Shown piece by piece: positions 8,321-17,155 of a stretch of DNA of 39,607 bases. This DNA comes from Actinomycetota bacterium (lineage in GTDB: Bacteria > Actinomycetota > Acidimicrobiia > Acidimicrobiales > Ilumatobacteraceae), in assembly GCA_043745825.1 (NCBI GenBank), contig JAYTSB010000523.1, positions 1-39,607 on the forward strand, read 5' to 3'. Both the position numbers and the translations under genes were made by a program. The notes beneath the pieces were generated by a model, which was not told the DNA's origin, searched no databases, and worked only from the letters and a program-made list of their open reading frames with translations. Position 1 is the first letter of the stretch. Every line of letters begins with the position of its first letter.

Positions 8321-8700
8321 GGGCCGAGCGCAAGACGCCGTGGCTCACCATGCGCCAGGCGGCGGCCCTGATCGGCTGGACCGACCCTGAGGGCGGTCGG
8401 CGGCTGAAGTGGCGGCTGATGACCGTCCAGCGTCGACAGCGGTGCCGGGTGCTGATCCCCGTCGGGCGCGGCGCCAAGCGACAGCACTACGTGACATCCG
8501 AGACGCTCATGCACCGGTGGTGCCCCGAGCTCTTCGCCACCGCGGCGCACCTGCCGATGGTCATCCAGGAGCGCTTCGCTGGGGTGGACGCGGCGGCATC
8601 AGCTACGCGCAATCGACTGCGGGCCCTCGGCAGCGAGAATCGAGCCATTTACTCGCGCCTTGCGGCTATCGAGGCCCGGCTTGATGCCGCTCGTATATGA
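8317..8700 (+). CDS. Hypothetical DNA-binding-like protein (N-terminal HTH-like, C-terminal coiled coil)
   Basis: GTGA overlap start. WLTMRQAAALIGWT resembles MerR/excisionase-type HTH starts. It is the last gene before the large non-coding gap. Confidence 0.45.
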   Translation: MRAERKTPWLTMRQAAALIGWTDPEGGRRLKWRLMTVQRRQRCRVLIPVGRGAKRQHYVTSETLMHRWCPELFATAAHLPMVIQERFAGVDAAASATRNRLRALGSENRAIYSRLAAIEARLDAARI

Positions 8701-9024
8701 CCACGCAAGGCGAACGCAAGACGACGAATCGCAAGTGATCGGGTGAAGCCTCCGACGGGCAGCCGGCGCTGAAGTCGCGACGTGCGGTCTGCGAGTCTTC
8801 GAGCAGAAGCTGGGTAATTTCTGGTCAGGACGAAAGCCGGGCCTGAGGATGATCCCGACACCGTAGGGGGTCGTGGGTCGGATCGCACGCGGACTCAAGG
8901 CGGCCCAAGAGACTCCCGCTGAGGCGACAGCGGCGGCATCATGTTAGGCAGGGAGAGCCGGTAGCCCTGGTGGAGCCGCCCCCGGCCGAGCCGGCATCGT
9001 CACTCTCACCCTGGAGCAAATCCG
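8701..9024. promoter_or_regulatory. Largest intergenic region; candidate late promoter and/or packaging (pac/cos) region
   Basis: About 324 nt without a credible ORF, immediately upstream of the packaging genes. CGCAAG occurs three times, at 8704, 8715 and 8730. Confidence 0.3.
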
Positions 9025-9615
9025 ATGGCGATGACAGTGCTCGCCCCTGAGGCTGACGAGGACGACGCGTGCGAGGGGTCGGGTTCAATTATGACTCGAG
9101 CTCGCCGGGTCAAGCCGAACATCCAGGCGCGCGTGGCCTTCTGCCGCGGGCTGATGCTGGCGAACGACTGGCACAAGCGTCTCTTGCCCGACCTCGCAGC
9201 GGTGTGGGGAGTGGGCGAGAGCACGGCGCGGAACTACAGCGCCGAGGCATCGCGCACCATCCGAGCCGCGCTGAATCCGTCGGTGATGCGGGCCAAGGTG
9301 ATGGACCGCCTCGACGCGAGCTACAAGATGGCGCTGAGGGAGACCTTCAGCCCTGCGAAGGCGAGCGAAGCGATGACGAAGAGCGCGCTGGCGCTGGCGC
9401 AGATCGCCGGCATCGACGGCAAGGACGCTGGACCGCAGGTCACGATCAACGTCGGCACCCCAGCGCGTTCCGCCGTGCTGGATGCCATCTGGGGACCTGT
9501 CCCCACGGTGGTGGAGGTCCGGGCGGAGGCGCTGCCCGAGGCTGCTCCCGAGGCTGCTCCCGAGGCTGAGACTGTCACCGACATCACCGCCGAGACCATC
9601 GACGATTGGCGCTGA
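9025..9615 (+). CDS. Terminase small subunit candidate
   Basis: Lies directly upstream of the large terminase. ggag sits 8 nt before the ATG. It has an HTH-like stretch AAVWGVGESTARNYS and an acidic C-terminus with an (EAAP) repeat. Confidence 0.45.
   Translation: MAMTVLAPEADEDDACEGSGSIMTRARRVKPNIQARVAFCRGLMLANDWHKRLLPDLAAVWGVGESTARNYSAEASRTIRAALNPSVMRAKVMDRLDASYKMALRETFSPAKASEAMTKSALALAQIAGIDGKDAGPQVTINVGTPARSAVLDAIWGPVPTVVEVRAEALPEAAPEAAPEAETVTDITAETIDDWR
9526..9569 (+). repeat. 12-nt in-frame tandem repeat (gaggctgctccc) about 3.5 copies, encoding EALPEAAPEAAPEAE
   Basis: Read directly in the small terminase candidate. Confidence 0.85.
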
Positions 9616-9654
9616 GGGAGCCGCACCCATGGGCGGGCAACCGTCACGAGGATC

Positions 9655-11082
9655 ATGCCATTGACCGACTCGACCGACAGCGCGAACGGAGGCGCAAGCC
9701 TCAGCCCCGAGCACCGGCGAGGGCTCACGTCGTATCAGCAGGAGTGGACGCGCCTCCCGCGCTACGGTCGGTCGGCTGACGGCACGGTCAAGGCGAGGAC
9801 GAAAACTTTCACGAAGGCCCGCCGCATCGGTGGGTCTATGGCGAGCGCGGTGGACGCGTGCAACCTCGCCGCGGGGTACGAGTGGGACGGCAGAGGCTGG
9901 GCGAACGCCAGGCCCATCGACGTGCACGTGGTCAGTGCGAGCTTCAACCAGTCGAAGAACGTGCTGGCGGAGGCCGCCGAGTTCCTCGGTCGCGTGTCGC
10001 ACCTGGACGAGCGCTACAAGGCCAATGTCAAGGCGACCACGATCGAGTTCGAGCACGGCGCGGCGATCATCGCGCACCCAGCGCGGCCTGCATCTCTCAG
10101 GACGTACACGGGGGCGCTGTTCGTGGACGAGTTCGCGTTCATCCAGAACGCGGAGGACGTGTGGGCGGCGGCTAAGAACATCGCGGCTGCGACGCTGAAG
10201 GAGCCACGCGGGTACCCGGTGTCTCTGGTCACTACGCCGTGGGCTGCGGGTGGGTTCGCTCACCGCATCTTCACGAGCGAAGAGCTCCCGTTCCAGCGGC
10301 TCAGCGTCGACATCTACAAGGCGAAGCTCGCGGGCTTCCCGATCGACATCGAGCAGACGCGTCAGGAGTGCGCGCTCGACGAGATTTTTGCCACCGAGTA
10401 CGAGTGCCAGTGGCTGAAGGGTGGGGCGTGTTTCTTCGACCCCGAGCTCCTCGTCAACTGCGAGCGCGATGACCTGCCCGAGGTGCTGGCGCGCGAGCCC
10501 AGCTACTTTGGGATCGACATCGGGCGCACCAACGATCTGACGTGCATCGTGGAGATGAAGCTCCTGGGCGACGTGGCGTGGTTCGTCGGGATTCAAGCAC
10601 TGCGCGGCGTGCACTTCGATGACCAGCGCGACACCATCACCAGCACGCTTGCGAGCGGCAAGTTCCGCAAGGTCCTGATCGACCGCGGCGGGATGGGGAT
10701 GGACCTCGCCGACCACCTGGAGCGCAAGTACGCAAGCCGCGCCAAGGGCGTGAATTTCAACCTTCCGATCAAGGCCGAGATGGCCGTGGGCATGAAGGCG
10801 GCGCTCGAAGGCGGGCGCATCCGATTCTGGAACGGCGCGACGGCGGAGCAGGCCCAGCAGATGCGCGCCCTCCGCGTGGAGCTCGCTAGCATCCGAGCCA
10901 AGCCCGCTGCGGGCGGCGTACTGACCTTCGACACGCCACGGACGGTGACTGGTCACGGTGACCGCGCATGGGCCGCCATGCTCGCTCTGCGCGCATCGGC
11001 TGGGCTCACGAGCGCGGACGGCGAGCAGCAGATCCGCGGCCGGCTCCTGACGCAGATGGTCGACCAAATTCCAATCGGGTGA
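9655..11082 (+). CDS. terL: Terminase large subunit
   Basis: KARRIGGS (Walker A-like as in Terminase_6), LFVDEFAF (Walker B), nuclease-domain motifs GIDIGRTNDL and GHGDRAWAAMLAL. Size is 475 aa and it lies before the portal. Confidence 0.85.
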   Translation: MPLTDSTDSANGGASLSPEHRRGLTSYQQEWTRLPRYGRSADGTVKARTKTFTKARRIGGSMASAVDACNLAAGYEWDGRGWANARPIDVHVVSASFNQSKNVLAEAAEFLGRVSHLDERYKANVKATTIEFEHGAAIIAHPARPASLRTYTGALFVDEFAFIQNAEDVWAAAKNIAAATLKEPRGYPVSLVTTPWAAGGFAHRIFTSEELPFQRLSVDIYKAKLAGFPIDIEQTRQECALDEIFATEYECQWLKGGACFFDPELLVNCERDDLPEVLAREPSYFGIDIGRTNDLTCIVEMKLLGDVAWFVGIQALRGVHFDDQRDTITSTLASGKFRKVLIDRGGMGMDLADHLERKYASRAKGVNFNLPIKAEMAVGMKAALEGGRIRFWNGATAEQAQQMRALRVELASIRAKPAAGGVLTFDTPRTVTGHGDRAWAAMLALRASAGLTSADGEQQIRGRLLTQMVDQIPIG

Positions 11083-11086
11083 CGCC

Positions 11087-12646
11087 ATGAAAACCGCAGG
11101 GCAAGGGTCTGCGTCGTGGCTGGCCATCCCAGACCCGTTCCCTCCGCCCGAGAAGGCCCCGCCGCAGTTGGCGCCGCGGCCGCTGGTGGACAAGTACCCG
11201 CTCGTCATCGGCGCTGGGGCCACGCTGGCCTACGCCAGCAACGTGCTCCGCCTGTGCACGACGGGCTACCGGCGGGAGGCGGTCGACTTCGCTCGCGAGC
11301 TCCTCGAGCGCGACGGTGCCACCAAGATGCTGCTGGCGTCGCGCTTCTGCACGGTGGCTGGTGGGAGGATCGAGGTCGTCCCCCCCGAGCTGCCCGATGA
11401 CGACAAGCGCGCCGACCGAGCGCTGGAGATCGCGGAGGCCGCACGCTTCGACGTGCTCGGCATCCCGAACCTGCGGCAGGAACTGCTCAACATCATGTGG
11501 GGCTGCTTCTACGGCGTAGCGATCAGCGAGATTGGCTGGAAGCGAGGGCCGCAGCGCATCGTCCCCGGTCGCCTGTACACGATCGCCAACCGCAGGATCG
11601 CCTACCCCGACGCCGCAAGTTGGGACGCACACATCTGGGATCAGGGCGCGGTGCTCGGCGGCAACAACGGATTCCGCCAGCCAACCAACTCCGCCGGGTT
11701 CGGCCTGAACATCAGCCACGCCCCAAACAAATTCATCGTGCACGCGCCCGCGTTCGCCGCGGACTACCCGACGCGCGAGGGCATGATGCGGGAGCTCGTG
11801 CCGCTCATGATCATGAAGATTATGGGGCTGAGGTCGGGCGCCGCGTTCATCGAGCGATTCACCAAGATCGTGTTCTGGGCGTCGTTCACGACGGGCGAGG
11901 ACCACCCGCGCGTCGCGAGCGCGGACGACGTGGATCAGGCCTACTCGGCGCTACAGCAACTGGGGCTCGGGAGCCTCGCGGGGGCCACGCTCCCCGACTC
12001 GATCAAGTTGCACATGGAAGGCCCCGCCACCAAGGGCGACAACGGCGCGAAGATGGTGGAGATGTGGGTCGAAACGATCGACGCACAAATAACGCGCATC
12101 GTTCGCGGTTCGACGTTCACGACGATGCCCGGTCGCAACGTGGGCAAGGGCGTGTCCGAGGCCGGAGAGAACGCCGAGAGTCAGCTCGAAAAGTTCGACG
12201 CAGATTGCCTTGGTGAGACGCTGACGGCGCAGCTCCTAGGGGCCTGGATGCGCATCAATTTCCCGGGCGAAGAGGACCTCTGCCCGCGGGTCAAGATCCA
12301 CGTCGATGAGCCGCTCCCAGCCGCGATGCTCAAGCTCGCCATCGATGGCGCATCGTGCGGTATCCCGGTGGACGCTGACGCCGTGGCAGCGCAGGTGGGC
12401 CTTCGGGTCACACCGAACGAGGACGGTAGCCCGCGCCGCATGGCGCCAATCAAGGCGGTGGAGCTTCCAGCGGCGCTTCTCGGCGCCGACGTGGCGCGCC
12501 TGGAGGCCGAGTTGGCCGAGCAGGAAGCGGAGGCCGCAGCCGAGGCGCAAGCCGCAGCGCAGGCCATCGTGGCGCCCGCAAACGACAACCCAAAGTTCGA
12601 CGCCCATGGCGAGGACGAAGAGCCGCAGACGCAAGCGGCGGAGTAA
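11087..12646 (+). CDS. Portal protein (DUF935/Mu gp29-like)
   Basis: 519 aa, immediately after terL, with an acidic Ala/Glu-rich C-terminus. Overall resemblance to Mu gp29-type portals is recalled from memory. Confidence 0.75.
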   Translation: MKTAGQGSASWLAIPDPFPPPEKAPPQLAPRPLVDKYPLVIGAGATLAYASNVLRLCTTGYRREAVDFARELLERDGATKMLLASRFCTVAGGRIEVVPPELPDDDKRADRALEIAEAARFDVLGIPNLRQELLNIMWGCFYGVAISEIGWKRGPQRIVPGRLYTIANRRIAYPDAASWDAHIWDQGAVLGGNNGFRQPTNSAGFGLNISHAPNKFIVHAPAFAADYPTREGMMRELVPLMIMKIMGLRSGAAFIERFTKIVFWASFTTGEDHPRVASADDVDQAYSALQQLGLGSLAGATLPDSIKLHMEGPATKGDNGAKMVEMWVETIDAQITRIVRGSTFTTMPGRNVGKGVSEAGENAESQLEKFDADCLGETLTAQLLGAWMRINFPGEEDLCPRVKIHVDEPLPAAMLKLAIDGASCGIPVDADAVAAQVGLRVTPNEDGSPRRMAPIKAVELPAALLGADVARLEAELAEQEAEAAAEAQAAAQAIVAPANDNPKFDAHGEDEEPQTQAAE

Positions 12647-12651
12647 CGATC

Positions 12652-13374
12652 ATGCCCATCGCACCGCCGTCGATGCAGAACGACAACTACCCGCCGGGCA
12701 TCGCGCTCGACCTCCGCAACGCCACGACCGCGATTTACAGCGGCGACCGCGCGCGAGGCGTCCTCACGGCGCTCGGCGCTGGCACCTTCGCGCTCGGCGT
12801 GTACACCGCCACCGCGAACGGCGCGATGGCCGCGCAGGACGGGCTCACCATCGCCGTGGGAGACACGGTGCTCATCCTGGAGGGCACCACCAACCTTACC
12901 AACGCCTACGACGGTGGGCCCTACGTGGTCACCAGCCTCGGGAGCGCTGGCTCGCAAGTGGTCCTCACCCGCCCCGCATGGTGGGCTCACGGTGCTACGG
13001 TGCAGCCTGGCGCGCAGGTGCACGTCGCGGCCGGCACGCTCTGGGCTAACACCTTCTGGAAGTCGTGCGTGGCCGCCGCCGTCGTGGTCGGCACCACGGC
13101 AACTCAGTTGATAGTCGGTCGCGTTTCCGTGCTCGCGCAGGTGCTCGTCGCAGGGACCAAGACGCTGAGCGGCGTGCCTCTCCTGGCGAGCGCGTCGGTG
13201 GTTTTCAACCGCACGACGGCGAACACCACGGCGCTGACGATTTGGTACAACCCGATCACCCTGACGCCCGGCGCCATAGGCACCGCGTCGCTCGTGGTCA
13301 ACGCGCAGGTCGCGGCCGGCACCATCAACGCGGCCGACATCTCCACGCTCACCGTCACGATCGTCAACTGGTGA
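12652..13374 (+). CDS. Beta-rich Thr/Ala/Gly/Val protein of unknown function (fiber-like) in the head module
   Basis: ggag RBS and very strong G/C third-position bias. The motif GDTVLILEGTTNLTNAYDGGPYVV...RPAWW resembles N-terminal domains seen in phage fiber proteins. It occupies the slot where Mu has gp30. Confidence 0.6.
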   Translation: MPIAPPSMQNDNYPPGIALDLRNATTAIYSGDRARGVLTALGAGTFALGVYTATANGAMAAQDGLTIAVGDTVLILEGTTNLTNAYDGGPYVVTSLGSAGSQVVLTRPAWWAHGATVQPGAQVHVAAGTLWANTFWKSCVAAAVVVGTTATQLIVGRVSVLAQVLVAGTKTLSGVPLLASASVVFNRTTANTTALTIWYNPITLTPGAIGTASLVVNAQVAAGTINAADISTLTVTIVNW

Positions 13375-13378
13375 CCAC

Positions 13379-15118
13379 GTGGCAGCCCACCAGATGGACC
13401 TCAGCGCCTCGGATGTGCACGCGCCCGGCGCGGCCGGCGTTGCGCCTCAGGTAGGCGGACAGAGCCAAGCAGGCGCGCGTGAAGAGGGTTTCGGCGCGCC
13501 TGCCCCAAGCGCAAAGGCTCGCCGCAAGAAGCGTCGCGCCGACAAGGCAGCGAAGCAGACCCGCGGACCGAAGAGCGGGATGCGCGTCACGCTGGATCAT
13601 CCCGTCCACGGGCGGCTCGAGGTGCGACAGATGGCCCACTCCCCCGCGGTGTACACGTGCACCGGCGTCAACCTCGACGTGGCGGCGCTCACAGCCGGCA
13701 TCGACGACGGCGTGGTGTGGAACCAGCTCGCCGTCGCTGGCGAGTACCATGGGCACCAGAACGGATCGTTCCGGTTCGACCGCGCGGTGTTCGAGAAGAT
13801 CATCGCCAACTTCCAGCGCAACCCCGACAACACGCGCGCCGATGGCGGCGTCGTGGTCGACTGGGAGCACGCGAGCGAAGCCGACCCGGCCAAGCTGGCC
13901 CACGGCGGCGCCCCGGCGGCTGGATTCATCCGCGCCCTGGCCATCCGCGGTAACGAACTGTGGGCGGCCATCAAGTGGCTCTCCAAGGCCCGCGAACAGG
14001 TCAAGACCGGCGAGTACAAGCGCATCTCCCCCGTCGTCGCATTCAAGTCGGCGGACCCCAAGACTGGCGAGAACATCGGCCCCGAGCTTCGGAGCGCCGG
14101 TCTCACCAACGGGCCGTTCCTCCAGGGAATGCAGCCGCTAGCCGCGCGCCGTGACGGGGGCCAAGCGGCCACGCTGTCTCGGCTCGGCACCAACGCGCTG
14201 GGAGTCATCCGCACGGCCCTCCAGGCCCACCCCATGGCGACGCTGGATAGCCTCGCCGGTCACCTCGACGGACTCCGCGAGATGGTGTCGAGGTCGGGCG
14301 GACTGGCTGCCGTTGACGGCGTCGACATCGGCGCACCGATGGCCTCGCTCCGAGCGCTCGCCAACGTCCCGATCACCTGCTCTGACGACGACGTACTCGA
14401 CATCGTGGAGGACCTCCTCGACGAGGCGCTCGACGTGGTCGCTGGCGACGCCGTGGACGAAGCAGATCCCGCAGCACAGATGACCCGCGAGCCACCGGCC
14501 GCGGCACCAACACAGACCCCGACGGCTTCGTCCGTCGCCACGAAAGAGACGACCATGACCGAAGCCGAAATCACCGCCCTGTCCGCCAAGTGCACCGCCC
14601 TCGAGACCGAGAACACCGCGCTGAAGGCAGAGCGGGCAAGCGGCCTCACCGCGCAGGCCACCAACGTGCAGCTCTCCACCAAGGTCTCCACGACCGAGGC
14701 GGAGAACGCGACGCTGAAGGCCGAGAACGCCAGCCTCCGCGCCTCGCAGGAGAAGCGCGACCTGGCCGACGTGGAGCGCGACGTGGACGACGCGATCTCT
14801 GACCACGGCGGGAAGAATGCCTTCCTCTGCACCGCGAATCGCCAGGCCCTGATCGCGATGCGCAAGGCCACCCCCGAGGCCTTCGCCACCCTCGCTCCCA
14901 AGGTCGCCCCGTCGGAGCGCACGCTGCTCACCAGGTCGGTCCCCGATCGCGAGCGCGCCGCGCCGTCCGCGGGCAGGGCTCGCATCGCCACCGCCGTGGA
15001 GCTCGCCCACAAGATGATCAAGGACGAGCCAGCGCGCTACGGCGCGCTGGACTTCGACGACGTGCGCGACGCGGCGTCCGAGATCCTCATGAGCAACCCG
15101 CTCGGTATCGCGGTCTGA
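13379..15118 (+). CDS. Mu gpI-like prohead protease fused to a coiled-coil scaffold
   Basis: VWNQLAVAGEYHGHQNGSFRFDRAVFEKIIANF...VVVDWEHASE matches the Mu I protease family pattern. The C-terminal third is heptad-like (TALETENTALKAERA...AENATLKAENASLRA). The start is GTG 13379 or ATG 13394. Confidence 0.75.
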   Translation: MAAHQMDLSASDVHAPGAAGVAPQVGGQSQAGAREEGFGAPAPSAKARRKKRRADKAAKQTRGPKSGMRVTLDHPVHGRLEVRQMAHSPAVYTCTGVNLDVAALTAGIDDGVVWNQLAVAGEYHGHQNGSFRFDRAVFEKIIANFQRNPDNTRADGGVVVDWEHASEADPAKLAHGGAPAAGFIRALAIRGNELWAAIKWLSKAREQVKTGEYKRISPVVAFKSADPKTGENIGPELRSAGLTNGPFLQGMQPLAARRDGGQAATLSRLGTNALGVIRTALQAHPMATLDSLAGHLDGLREMVSRSGGLAAVDGVDIGAPMASLRALANVPITCSDDDVLDIVEDLLDEALDVVAGDAVDEADPAAQMTREPPAAAPTQTPTASSVATKETTMTEAEITALSAKCTALETENTALKAERASGLTAQATNVQLSTKVSTTEAENATLKAENASLRASQEKRDLADVERDVDDAISDHGGKNAFLCTANRQALIAMRKATPEAFATLAPKVAPSERTLLTRSVPDRERAAPSAGRARIATAVELAHKMIKDEPARYGALDFDDVRDAASEILMSNPLGIAV

Positions 15119-15133
15119 GTTTCACCCGCTGAC

Positions 15134-15155
15134 GGCGCGCCAATCACGGCGCGCC
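15134..15155 (+). promoter_or_regulatory. GC-only hairpin: two GGCGCGCC palindromes separated by aatcac
   Basis: 8-bp perfect stem, 6-nt loop, 16 nt after the scaffold stop; no T tract. Confidence 0.3.
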
Positions 15156-15204
15156 CGGCCCCCCAAATCCGAATCCGGCGCTGTGCGCCGAGGAGTGTAC
15201 CCCT

Positions 15205-15624
15205 ATGCCCGCAGCGCTCGAAGTATCTATGATCCAGGGCTCCGCTGCCCTGGTGCTGTCGTTCCGCAACAAGACCGGCTCCACCATCGCCGCTGGCACT
15301 GTCGTCAAGTACGACGGCACCAACGACGCCGCGCAGGATGCCCCAGCGGGTATGACTGCCACCACGGCCACCACCGACATCCCAATTGGGATCACCATCG
15401 AGGCCGTCCTCGACGGTCAAGACGGCCGCGTGGCGGCGTCTGGGATGGTCGTGCAGGCCGTAGCGAAGAACGCCGTGACCTTCGGCCAGAGCCTCATGCC
15501 CGGGGCCACCGCGGGCACGACCAGCACGCGTACCACCCTCAAGCCGTACCTCGGCAAGTGCCTCCGCACTGCCGCAGACGCCGCAGTCACTCTCGTGCTC
15601 GTCAACATCGTCGACGCGACCTGA
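15205..15624 (+). CDS. DUF2190-like head decoration/cement protein (tentative)
   Basis: 139 aa, gaggag RBS, directly upstream of the capsid gene. The Gly/Ala/Thr-rich beta pattern is typical of DUF2190 proteins. Confidence 0.5.
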   Translation: MPAALEVSMIQGSAALVLSFRNKTGSTIAAGTVVKYDGTNDAAQDAPAGMTATTATTDIPIGITIEAVLDGQDGRVAASGMVVQAVAKNAVTFGQSLMPGATAGTTSTRTTLKPYLGKCLRTAADAAVTLVLVNIVDAT

Positions 15625-15638
15625 AGGAGCCATCCCAA

Positions 15639-16916
15639 ATGTCCGAACATCTCGTTTCTCTCGGGGACGGTACCTTCCTCGATGTCGCCAACTCAATCCA
15701 CTACTCCGCCGACGGCGTAGCCCTCTCGCGACTCGATGAGGTCGAGTGCGTCCCCGCTGGCGGCAACCAGATCCGCGGCCGCACCGGGCGCTCCGACAAG
15801 AACGTCAACATGAGCGACGTGGCCGACTGCGCCGCCGGCTGGGCTGCCAAGCAGCAGGCCCTGGCGCTCGGTCGCAACGTCACTTGGCGCGACAAGAGCG
15901 GCAACAAGCGCAAGGGGGTCCACGCCATGGATCTCAGCGCGGCCGACGTGCACATTCAGGGTCAGATGGCCGGCGCCGCCGCCGGCTACCGCCTCGCGGA
16001 AGGCTGCGCGGACCTCATCGCGCCAGTCATCCAGGCGAAGCACCAGACGGACAAGATTCCGATCTGGGACAAGGAGGTCGCTTTTGCGCGCGCCGCTGGC
16101 ACCACGGCGGCCCCAGGCGGCGACGTGCCCACCACGACCATCTCCCTCAGTACGGTGCCATTCTCGTGCGTCGAGCGCGCCCTGTCGATCGTCATGGCCG
16201 TCGAGGTCATCGAGAACGCCGACGCGCCCCTGTCGCCGTGGGCAACCGCGACCCGCGTGGTTCAGGAGCGCCTACTCAAGGAGCGCGAGCACCGCGTCTG
16301 CAAGGCGGCAGTCACCGCGGCCAACTGGGACTCCACGCTGGTATTCGACCTCGGGGCGGCCTTCGGGTGGGCCACTGGCGCAAGCGCGGACCCGGTCAAG
16401 GACATCCACACTGCGGTCCTCGCGTCCTACGACTCGACCGACCTCAAGCTGATCATGGATCAGCGCATGTTCCTCATCATGCAGCGCTCGCCCGCAGTGC
16501 AGAAGTACACCGCGTACAAGAACGGGATCAACCCGCTCCCCAGCGCGGACCAGATCAGCGCGGTGCTCTCGCTGCCGCCGATCGTCGTCCAGAACATGAA
16601 GACGCAGACCAGCGCGGGCCTCATGAAGTACGTCCTCGAGCAGGAGGCCACCGTCGCGGGCAAGACCGGCGCCGCGCTCCTCGTGCGCGACACCCCGGGC
16701 CTGTCGGACCCGTCGCTCATCAGCACGATGAAGACGATCCGCTGGAGCGGCGGCATGAGCCCTGACGGCAACATGGTCGCCGGCTGGATGGTGCGCACCT
16801 ACTTCGACCCGAAAAAGGGCGGCCGCGGCTCGTACGTCGTCGTCGTCGTGCACAACGACCACGAGATCTTCACGAGCAAGTTCGTCGGCGCGCTCATCAC
16901 CGGATGTGGCCAGTGA
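15639..16916 (+). CDS. Major capsid protein (long form); possible internal start at 15927
   Basis: aaggag lies 9 nt before ATG 15639. Position and size fit an HK97-fold capsid. YRLAEGCADLIAPVIQ... is capsid-like. The upstream part of track ORF 15183-16916 is Arg-rich and overlaps the decoration gene. Confidence 0.7.
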   Translation: MSEHLVSLGDGTFLDVANSIHYSADGVALSRLDEVECVPAGGNQIRGRTGRSDKNVNMSDVADCAAGWAAKQQALALGRNVTWRDKSGNKRKGVHAMDLSAADVHIQGQMAGAAAGYRLAEGCADLIAPVIQAKHQTDKIPIWDKEVAFARAAGTTAAPGGDVPTTTISLSTVPFSCVERALSIVMAVEVIENADAPLSPWATATRVVQERLLKEREHRVCKAAVTAANWDSTLVFDLGAAFGWATGASADPVKDIHTAVLASYDSTDLKLIMDQRMFLIMQRSPAVQKYTAYKNGINPLPSADQISAVLSLPPIVVQNMKTQTSAGLMKYVLEQEATVAGKTGAALLVRDTPGLSDPSLISTMKTIRWSGGMSPDGNMVAGWMVRTYFDPKKGGRGSYVVVVVHNDHEIFTSKFVGALITGCGQ

Positions 16917-17152
16917 GTCAACAGGTCGTGTCCGTGTCCAAGGACAAGCCCGCGGTGGAGACGCTGCGGGTGAAGATCCTACACGGCAACTACGTCCACG
17001 TGCAGCCCACGCTCACCGCGAAGGGCGACATAGACGTGTCAGTGCCGTACGGGCACGACATCCCGGCCGTGACCGGCGACGTGATCGCACTTCCGCGCAT
17101 CGAGGCCGAGCGCCTCGTGTCCGGTGGCAGCGCGGAGCTGGTCAAGGCCTGA
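16904..17152 (+). CDS. Hypothetical small head/neck protein
   Basis: ATG 16904, or GTG 16913 in a GTGA overlap with the capsid stop. Confidence 0.5.
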   Translation: MWPVSQQVVSVSKDKPAVETLRVKILHGNYVHVQPTLTAKGDIDVSVPYGHDIPAVTGDVIALPRIEAERLVSGGSAELVKA

Positions 17153-17155
17153 CCC

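Noticed and set aside
8701-9024. tRNA or other known RNA gene in the large intergenic region
   Set aside because: I could not build a cloverleaf: there is no GTTCRANYC-type T-loop or matching acceptor stem. Only short hairpins are present. A novel ncRNA cannot be excluded by eye.
9085-11223. 712-aa minus-strand ORF antisense to the small terminase, large terminase and the start of the portal gene
   Set aside because: The translation is Arg/Gly/Pro-rich low-complexity sequence, typical of shadow ORFs in high-GC DNA. The plus-strand frame carries clear terminase motifs and the G/C third-position bias.
15183-15638. Upstream extension of the capsid ORF (track start 15183)
   Set aside because: The extension is an Arg/His-rich translation that overlaps the well-supported decoration gene in another frame. 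ATG 15639 has a strong aaggag RBS.
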